Of a stretch of DNA of 64,000 nucleotides, positions 55,993 to 64,000 are shown piece by piece. The position numbers and the translations under genes were made by a program. Under the pieces are notes generated by a model. It was not told the DNA's origin, ran no database searches, and was given only the letters and a program-made list of their open reading frames with translations. The stretch lies in NCBI GenBank assembly GCA_964187785.1, contig OZ076409.1, positions 90,460,001-90,524,000 of the forward strand, given 5' to 3'. Within the stretch, counting starts at the first letter, position 1, and each line of letters opens with the position of its first letter. This DNA comes from Amphiscolops sp. MND2022 (taxonomy: Eukaryota).

Positions 55993-56973
55993 ATGAAGTG
56001 TTTAATTTGTGGAAAAAGTAATGAAAAATCTGTCTGCTCCGATTGTGAGAATAAAAAAAGATGTAAAGAATGTAATATATTGAAAACAGATTTTTACAAA
56101 TATAGAAATGGTAAATTGTATAGTACATGTATAGAATGTTTCAATAAAAAAGTAAAATGTGAATTCTGTAATAAAGAATTAAATAAAACTTATTTATCAA
56201 AACATTTAAAAAGATGTATTAAATTATTAGAAGATGTATATTTTTTAAATAATATTCAAATTGATGATGGTAATGAAAATCAAATTGATGATGATAATAA
56301 TCAAATTGATAATAATCAAATTGATGATAATAATGAAAATCATAATAATCAAATTGATGATAATAATAATCAAATTGAAAATAATTGTAATAGGACATTG
56401 ATAGTTGGTCCATCATTTTGTGGTAAGACCCATTTGTTATTAAACAAATTACAATTAATTCGTTTAGATAATCCTGAACAAAAGATATGTATCATTACGA
56501 GGAGTCCGGAACAATACAATAAAATTGAAATAGAAGATGTTTCAGTGGAAGAAGATTTAGGTGATAAAAGTATTCAAGGTTTTCAAAATTGTTGTGTTGT
56601 ATTTGATGATATGTTAGACTCCAATCAGAAATTAATAGATCCATTTTTTACTAGGGGAAGACATAATGATCTGGATGTTTAATATTTATCACAGTCATAT
56701 TTTGATTTACCTAAAAGAACAATTAGAAACAATAGTAATATTATAATTTTATTTCAACAAACATTGAAAGATGTTGAACACATTTATAGAGATATTGCTG
56801 GTTTTGATATGTCTAATGATGAATTTAAAAGTTTATGCAGAGAAGCATGGCGGGATCCGTATAATTATTTGTTAATAAATAGGTTAGAAGATAAAAATGG
56901 GAGTAAGTATATGATATGTAATGAATCCAATCTGCAATACCAGATATTTAATCCACAAACTGATCCTTTTTAG
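55993..56973 (+). pseudogene. A32-like packaging ATPase 2 with N-terminal Zn fingers; single in-frame TAA at 56680-56682
   Basis: CxxC clusters, a (QIDDNNN)n linker, Walker A GPSFCGKT and VVFDD. FTRGRHNDLDV*YLSQSYFDLPKRTIRNNSNIIILFQQTLKDVE reads through in frame into the 56764-56973 ORF. Confidence 0.88.
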
Positions 56974-57926
56974 TAAATGTGCTTACTAGGTTTTGATGTT
57001 GATTTGTTGTAATATATTGGTATTGTAAAAGTTTATCAGCAATTGCTATGATTTGTTCACTAAGCATAGGATTATCATTTCCTCCTACTTTTTCAAAATA
57101 GAGTAGTTTTAATTGATCCACTAATTCGTCTGGATCAGATGGAAGGAAAACATACTGATTAAATCCACTTCCTAATTGGGATAGTTGATAAGGAATATGT
57201 TGATATATGTATTGATTAATTAAATCTTTAATGAAATAATATCTTTGATTTTTTATCTCCATAATTTATATTATATTTCATATCATTTAAAAAAGAATAA
57301 ATTAGATTCACGTTTTGTGGTTGCGTGTCTAGCTGTGCATTAGTTATAAAATATGAAAGATCCGGATCCTTCAAATTGTATTTGTTACCACTACTCAAGA
57401 AGGTTAGTGTATTATTTTTAATTAGTACTTGTTGAGGATTAATAGGGTTAATTATGAATAAATTTGGATTACCTTCACCGAAGGCGCTTTGCGTAACTGG
57501 TTCTAAACTAAATTGACTTTTGTTTTTGTCATTAAGTAAATTAGAAACTGTCTTGATTATAGTAGAATCAACTTGGTTGGAATTCACAAGATCTGTAACA
57601 AGTTGATTATTACGGTAAGTAATTTCATCATATTCTTTAATCGATTTTTGTAAATTTTTATTCAAAGCGTTACTCGATTCTCGTATTGCTTGTGTTGTAG
57701 TTTGAGTAGAATCACGTAACGCTTGAATCTGCTTTTCAGATTCTAGCTTGGTTTGGTTTTGACTTTTTTTCTGATTTTCCGTAACAGGTTCAAAAACTTC
57801 TTCCATATCATAATGAAAGTCTTGCTTCCCTAATTTCTCTTTTAATCTTTCAGCTTTTATTAAAGATTTTGATTCTTGCAATTTTTTTAATTTTTCTAAA
57901 TCATCTCGATTATGAATTGAATACAT
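56948..57926 (-). pseudogene. Polinton conserved core/structural protein, frameshifted near 57245
   Basis: The 232-aa and 104-aa ORFs overlap and join. C-terminal LGSG|FNQYVFLPSDPDELVDQLKLL..KVGGND resembles a motif I recognise from Polinton proteins. Confidence 0.65.
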
Positions 57927-57975
57927 AATTTATTATTCATAAAAAATAATATTTAATTTACAGCTCGGCTGTAAA

Positions 57976-58377
57976 TCAATGAATTTTACCCAGGTACAGA
58001 CCTTTTCCTTGATGAACAAATTTTATAATATCAGGAGCAGTTGCAGCTATCATTCGAGGATTTTTACTTGCTGCTGCAGTACCGATATTAGCTGCGAGTT
58101 CTAATGCTCTTCCAGGATTGTTTAAAATTTTCTTTCCGACATTCTTGGCGGCTTTTCCTATACCTCGGAAAAAGTCACTTAATCCTTCTGCTTGTATAGT
58201 TTGATCAGATACTATAAGTGATTTATTTCTTTTACAAGTTGAACAAGTACCTCTTAATAATTTAACAGCTGCTCCAGTTTTTTTATTTTGAGTAATATCT
58301 CCACGAATATTTGTGGTAGCGGAATAATGTTTTCCACCAACACAATATGAATTATTTTTAAATTTATTAAAGCTCAT
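57976..58377 (-). CDS. Small basic protein: Zn-ribbon N-terminus plus amphipathic helix (adenovirus pVI-/cupiennin-like, putative membrane-lytic)
   Basis: YCVGGKH...LRGTCSTCKRNKS, then AEG|LSDFFRGIGKAAKNVGKKIL (cationic amphipathic). C-terminal QGKG|LYLG is a possible protease site. Confidence 0.65.
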   Translation of the reverse strand: MSFNKFKNNSYCVGGKHYSATTNIRGDITQNKKTGAAVKLLRGTCSTCKRNKSLIVSDQTIQAEGLSDFFRGIGKAAKNVGKKILNNPGRALELAANIGTAAASKNPRMIAATAPDIIKFVHQGKGLYLGKIH

Positions 58378-58464
58378 TTATTAGAAAAAAAATATTCATT
58401 TTTTTTCAGCACAAACTTTCAGTTTGCAAACTTTTAGTTTGTAAACCTTTGGTTTGTATAAATA

Positions 58465-59507
58465 TTAAATCTTGATGATTTGAATTGTAAATGTTAATGT
58501 CTCCCCGTTGAAATCAACTGGGTTATGATTGTTATCCTCAAGGAAAAATTGAATACTATCTAACCTTGTTTTGTTTATTTTTTTATACAAAATAATATTG
58601 GGTTCTTTTATAATTTTATATCCGGGAGGAGCACTAAGATTAAATGAAAATAAAATTTGTTCTCGTATACCATTAACAATTGAACCATCCACACAATCAC
58701 ATTTAAGATGAACTTTGTCTGTAGTTGTTATCATAACTGGTTTTTCTGATTTATGAGTTCCTGCTGTGTAGTCGGTTTTTGTAAATCCTAAAAGGGTGTT
58801 AAGTTCAGAATTAAAATAAATGGGTTTTGTGGTTTTTAAAATTGATTTCATTGATATTGTGTCTGCTTTTATGTTAATTTTAAGATCAGGATTAAGACTA
58901 GAACTACAAGAATTAATAAGTTCTTGTTGGATGGTATTACTTATATCATCTAATTCATATGCTCCTGGTGGTATTTCTATTCCCAAGCAATTAGATACAG
59001 ATCCAATACCATCAAGATCAAGAATATTTGTTTTATCTTTAATATTTTGATTAATTTGATCAATGATTTTATTTAAATCATCATAATAATTATTAGGAAA
59101 TACAACCTTTTTAATTTTAACATCATTTATAAGTTTTTTAATTTCTTCTATGTCAGAGATTCCCTTATCAGAGGTTTCATATAAATTTTTTATTTTTGGT
59201 ATAAAATCAGTTTATATTTATATTCCTTTAACATTTTTTCTGTTTCGAAAAATTTAATTTTATTATTCTTCTCAGTAATGTTATATACTGTATTATATAC
59301 TTCTAAACTTGTTACTCCCATCATCCATTTTTCAGGCAATTCCAATGGAATATCAAATGAAAAAGATTCTTTTTGTTTATTCATTTCAAATTCTAAAGTT
59401 TCTTGTGGTTTAGAATGTGTATTTTCAACAATTTCGTGATTAGATTTTGCAATACTCAATAAAAGAGATTCTTTTTTATCATAGGTTACAAAATTTGATA
59501 GATCCAT
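58465..59507 (-). pseudogene. Minor capsid protein (penton, single jelly-roll), frameshifted near 59212
   Basis: N-half IPLELPEKWMMGVTSLEVYNTVYNI; C-half IPPGAYELDDI...HLKCDCVDGSIVNG..ILFSF...PPGYKI...VDFNGETLTF. The second frame is open from ~59211. Confidence 0.85.
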
Positions 59508-59510
59508 TTA

Positions 59511-59726
59511 TTAGGAGAAAAATTGTTTAAATCCATTTGCGGATATCTTATTTATGAATTCTTGGTTTTGTTTTGATAATTTCTTGTTTTGATTATTTTT
59601 TGGATTATTTTTTTCTATTATTTTCTCATCAAATTGATTCTCACAGCTTCGCTGGCTTTGCATATTGGTATTCATTGGTTTTTGAATAATTTTAAATTGA
59701 GCTGAATAATTATTAATTTTCTTCAT
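59511..59726 (-). CDS. Small Polinton hypothetical protein (71 aa)
   Basis: Fills the gap between protease and penton and starts at TAAATG like its neighbours. Confidence 0.5.
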   Translation of the reverse strand: MKKINNYSAQFKIIQKPMNTNMQSQRSCENQFDEKIIEKNNPKNNQNKKLSKQNQEFINKISANGFKQFFS

Positions 59727-59733
59727 TTACTAA

Positions 59734-60129
59734 TTATAAATTTTGGTAGTATAAGTTTAAAACTGCATTTTTGAAGCCTATAATTTGTGTAAGATATAAC
59801 ACATACAAACAATAAGCTGCACAATAACTGTCGTCTTTCTGGATTTGATATTCTGAATAGATACCATTATTGATTTGTTTTGTTATATTTAGTGGTGGTG
59901 GACAGCCATATGAACCAAAATAAAACTCATCAACAAACATAACCCAATGTGTTCCTTTAGTTGGATGTAAGTTAACTATACCTCTGGTAGTGGTAAATTT
60001 ATCATCTCTCATATATATTCCACAAGATGTGTTCATGAGTTTTAAGATTTCTTTTATTTCTACATTGGAAGTTGCTTCATTTTTTAATCCATATTTATTA
60101 ACAAATTCTTTGAATGATAAATAATTCAT
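59734..60129 (-). CDS. Adenain-like cysteine protease (catalytic Asp apparently replaced by Gly)
   Basis: GIVNL...GTHWV...YFGSYGCPPP...QIQ...YCAAYCLY: His and Cys are present, but the usual YFDS reads YFGS. Confidence 0.85.
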   Translation of the reverse strand: MNYLSFKEFVNKYGLKNEATSNVEIKEILKLMNTSCGIYMRDDKFTTTRGIVNLHPTKGTHWVMFVDEFYFGSYGCPPPLNITKQINNGIYSEYQIQKDDSYCAAYCLYVLYLTQIIGFKNAVLNLYYQNL

Positions 60130-60149
60130 TTAATAGTTAGTTTTCATCA

Positions 60150-60396
60150 ATTTTGTTAATTTTTCAGTTGTGAAAAATAACTAATTTTTAGATGGTTTGC
60201 CTTGGTTATTTTTTAACAGTTAGTTGTGAAAAAAACGTTGATTTTTTTTTAAAAAAATAATCTACATTTTTTAAAAAAAAATATTTGACTGGTCCGAATT
60301 CCCGATTCGTTTGGTATTCGTAATTTTTAAAAAAATAATCAACATTTTTTTAAAAAATATATTTGACTGGTCCGAATCGGGAATTCGTATACTACT
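60150..60396 (-). repeat. Polinton right TIR
   Basis: Ends ...GAATTCGTATACTACT, followed by TSD TATGGG. Confidence 0.95.
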
Positions 60397-61633
60397 TATG
60401 GGACATCGCACTGAAGCAACAATATGTTCACTAAGGAAATATGTTCACGACCACAAAAATTAGGACGCTTCTCTATTTTGAAGATATTTGAGACAGTTCG
60501 GAACGTGAAAAAATCACTCAGTACATCACAATTAGGACGTTTCATTTGTCGAAAAAGCATAGCTCTAAGAGCCAACAATCCGGCAACGGCTAAAGTTCAA
60601 CTCCTCTTCGATCAGAAAGTCTCAAGTGTTTTTCAAAGTTTTTGCGATGGTTTCATTATGGAAAAAAGCAAGAATCCTTCAACGAGAAAACTTATGAAGA
60701 AAAGCCTAATTCCAAAGAACTAAATGAGCGAACCATTTGCGGTTTTGTAAAGCGAAATAAAATTTTGAGTGAAAATGTGCGGCTTTTGGTATGTTTTAAC
60801 GAGGCATCTTTAAGAAAAGTGGACGCATTCCATTCACATTGGTTTGACAAAAAACCATTTTTCTGAAAATAAAACGCCTCATGGGAAATGAGAACTAGTT
60901 AATAGTTATGATTCAACGTGACAATTTCATTGGAAGATTTCCATTACTTTGTGAACCTAGAAGAAAACGCTCAAAGAATTCACTCTTCTAATGGCAACAT
61001 TTGTGAACAAGACACTAAAAATCTTTACTTCATCTGCCAACCATTCTCAATAGGCAAGCTAAATTGCCAGTTTTTAAAGAACGCAATTAACAAAGACAAA
61101 TTTTGACAAATATCCGATGACAAAATTCACAAATCCAACGTTATTATTATTCCTGCGATAGTGGAATATTATTGAAGTCTCACGAATTCTATTTTTTTTT
61201 CAGTACAATTTTTGTAAAAAATGCAGATATTTTGTTCGGCAGTGAGTGTAAGCGTGAGAATTGAATTTCTCAAGCTGCCGACGACATTTCAATTCTCGTG
61301 CGATGAAGCGAGCAAGTAGTATTTATGCTTTCGCACGCCGAGTTATTGAGATGAAGTGAACGAGTGTTAAGTACGCCGAATTCAAGAAACGAAACTAATG
61401 AGTTAATTATTCGTTCGCCGAGAGCTTTGTCTGCATTCAAATGCGAAAGCGAAACTTCGTATACGCTTAGTTGTTATATTTGCTTTAGTCCGAGATTTAA
61501 AGGCGGTATAAACTGGTAGTGATTAATTGTGCACTAAATAATGATTAAACAGTAGTGTATTGGTATTCCAGATATGATACTATTATTAATGAAAGATTAA
61601 AACAGAAATAACAGTGTGGCCCGGAGGGGCATA

Positions 61634-62089
61634 TTTTTAGTCGACGCTTTTAGAATAAAAGGGCCCGACTATTACTGTCACTCGTTTTTTAAAGACAGAC
61701 TCGAACGCGACGAAATTTTTGTTCAATTTGTTCAACTAAACAAATACCAGGGAAACCCACCCATTATTGCAAAAGGTCCCCTTTCATTTTTTATTTCTTA
61801 AACGTAACATACGAAACCGGACGAGTTTGAAGGGTCCCTCTTTCAATTTTTTTTGACACTGTGCAATTGGCTTCGAATTTTTTGTCTCTAAAGGACCCCC
61901 CGTCGATTTTATTGAAGTCCCCCTCGTATTATCCGGAATAAAGCGCTATATCCGAACTAATTGCGTTTTAGAAAGGAGGAGGCGGAGGTTCGAAAACAAG
62001 TTTTTCATGAAAATGTCCTACGCATATCTCAAAAACTGCGCGTTTTGAGCCTAAGATTAAGCGCCGACGTTAGATGTTCCCGTCTTGTT
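61634..62089 (+). mobile_element. Helentron/HINE-like element
   Basis: TTTTTAGTCGACGC...GCCCGACT at the 5' end and GCGCCGACG..TTCCCGTCTTGTT at the 3' end. Internally similar to 1427-1996. Confidence 0.65.
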
Positions 62090-63670
62090 CAATTTAGCAA
62101 TATACGAAAGTGTGACAAGTAGTTATTTTGTACCACTATCTTCTCCCCTACAAAACGGTATATATAATTTGGATATAATGTCACTGATTCGAAGACAGCG
62201 CATTTTCAATATACGTGATAATTAAAGGGGTTTTGTTTTGGTCAATTTGAATTTTCTGTGAATTTAATTCTCCGTGGCTTCGAATCCACGAACTCCTGCT
62301 TTCAAGGCGCGCGGACAAAGTGAGTCGGACTTAAAATCTTATGTAGTTTACATAAATGTTTGTTAGCAAGTTTTATCAACGATATAACATGAGTTCATAA
62401 TTTTGATATTACATGAATTACTATTGGTCTGATTTGAGGTCTTAATTTTAGTCGGCGTTTTTCAAAAAAACCAACTATAGCAGTGCCTCTTTTAAAAAAT
62501 GAACGAAGAGCCAGATTTCTATAGACTATTCGATAACTATAAGCAATTACTTAGCTGTAATTTAGTAACATCTAACTGCCATCTAACGCATATTTCGTGA
62601 GGTCTGAGAAGCAAAAGTTCGTGGATTCGAGTCTCGCACTAAAGTGAATTTCTATGATGCTTGTAAAAGTAGAGAGGAGACCAAAGGGTCCACCCTTTTG
62701 TTTTTTCTGTGCATTTTTTCAGATTTTTTGCAAACCTTAATTCCTTCCCTTGATTTTCAGCAGAAACAGTGCGTAGATGCAAGCGTAGATGGCCACTTCA
62801 GGGTTTTTCGGCACTGTGCGACTTACAGTGCTTTTTCAATATACATTATAACGAAAGGGTTTTTGTGTTGGTCAATTGGACTTTTCTGTGAATTTATTTC
62901 TGCGTGGCTTCGAATACAGCGCTTTTTCAATATACATTATAATGAAAGGGCTTTTGTAGTGGTCGATTTGAATTTGTGCTTTAACAAAACTTGAAAATAA
63001 TTCGGAGAGTTTTTTGTTCGAATTTTTTTTGAGGTTTTCTTTAGAAGAAAATAATTTCCCGGGTCTTGAGGTTGACTTTTTTGTAAATTTTTGATCCTCT
63101 ATGACACTGATGAGTTTTCTCGATGATTGTGGAAAACGCGAGTTGGAACCTCTTTTTTGGCACTATGAATCTCTCCGTAGAAAAAATAATTTGGGCCGTT
63201 CCCCAGCTTGTTAAATATTTCAAACGCAAAGACGGTACAATATTGGCTTGTGGTTATCTGATCTAAAGTTTTTTCTCGATATGAACGTCAGGAGAAAATG
63301 AACAAACTAGGAAAATATCTGCTTCACATAATATTAAAACATTTGCATTTAAGTGATGTTCTAGGGTTCAAACTTGCGGCGAAGTTCGAAGACAGTTTGT
63401 TTGCCACTTCCACAGAAACATTTTACGGTTGAATAAAACGATGAAAAGTTTCCAAAAAATGAAAAAAAAACGTTGAGCTCTTGGTTATTTTCCGTCCTTA
63501 ACTAGTGACAACATTTTTTGAGACTCGCGCATCCGCGATAAAGTACAAAACATATCAAAAAGTGCAAAAGTTGGTCCTTTTTGAATTTTTGTTCATTTTA
63601 GCCAATACATGAAAAGGTTCCAAAAAAAGCTCAAATTTGTCGAAAACTCACCTGTTCGAGTTACCTGTTG

Positions 63671-64000
63671 TTAGTCGGCGTATTTTAGTAGAAAAGGTGC
63701 CCGACTATTACAGTGTGTAGTTTTTTTTAGGTCCACTTTTTTGTTCATTTGTTCAGCAACTTGAACTACGGAGGCTCAAAACACTCGAACCTCAGAAGCG
63801 CGTCCAAAACGAAAAGAAAAAAAACAGACGTCCAGAACCTCAAAAACACACTAAGGATCCCCCTTAGCCCTACTTTGTTTCGGCACTATGCGACTTTTTT
63901 TGAAACTTTTTGGATTCCACCAAAGGATCCCTCCATCATTTGTTTCGATATTTTGCAACAATGGATGTCCAAAAATCGCAAAGGGTCCCCCTTTTACATT
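63671..64000 (+). mobile_element. Helentron/HINE-like element, 5' part (runs off the window)
   Basis: TTAGTCGGCGTATTTTAGTAGAAAAGGTGCCCGACTATTACAGTG; body similar to 34521-35170. Confidence 0.7.

Larger units (their letters stand above)
46480..60396. mobile_element. Full-length Polinton/Maverick (polintovirus/adintovirus-like endogenous virus), 13,917 bp
   Basis: Termini AGTAGT...ACTACT, ~245-bp TIRs and 6-bp TSD TATGGG (46474-46479, 60397-60402). Encodes pPolB, integrase, MCP, minor CP, ATPases and protease. Markedly more AT-rich than the host DNA and intronless. Confidence 0.97.

Noticed and set aside
56680..56682. Programmed stop-codon readthrough or programmed frameshifting in Polinton genes
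   Set aside because: Lesions are scattered over several genes without slippery or readthrough context. Decay or assembly error is more parsimonious.
60396..61106. Short ORFs right of the Polinton
   Set aside because: They lie outside the TIR/TSD and have no motifs; likely degenerate host repeat sequence.

Overview
AT-rich, intron-containing animal (invertebrate) genomic DNA; the species cannot be fixed from sequence alone. Bases 1-46.1 kb hold ten host genes, all on the + strand: PIG-S, BLCAP (missed by the ORF track), two DEDDy 3'-5' exonuclease paralogs, ELP5, RPL4, RPL36A, RPS23, TEX9 and XRRA1. Nine of the ten have a TTTCAG/TTTTAG 3' splice acceptor 5-21 nt before the ATG, which suggests SL trans-splicing and possibly operons. 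Introns and intergenic DNA are dense with repeats: a decayed Ty3/Gypsy relic, a LINE 3' end, Mutator-, hAT-, piggyBac- and Tc1-like MITEs, many Helentron/HINE-like elements and a 5'-truncated CRE-like retrotransposon. Bases 46480-60396 are a full-length 13.9-kb Polinton/Maverick (endogenous virus) with ~245-bp TIRs and a 6-bp TATGGG TSD. It encodes pPolB, major and minor capsid proteins, integrase, a protease and, unusually, two A32-like ATPases (one membrane-anchored, one Zn-finger-fused). Nine of its 12 genes start at a poxvirus-late-type TAAATG and several end in hairpins, which suggests a virophage-like dependence on a large DNA virus transcription system. Family assignments come from motif recognition only; no database searches were run.
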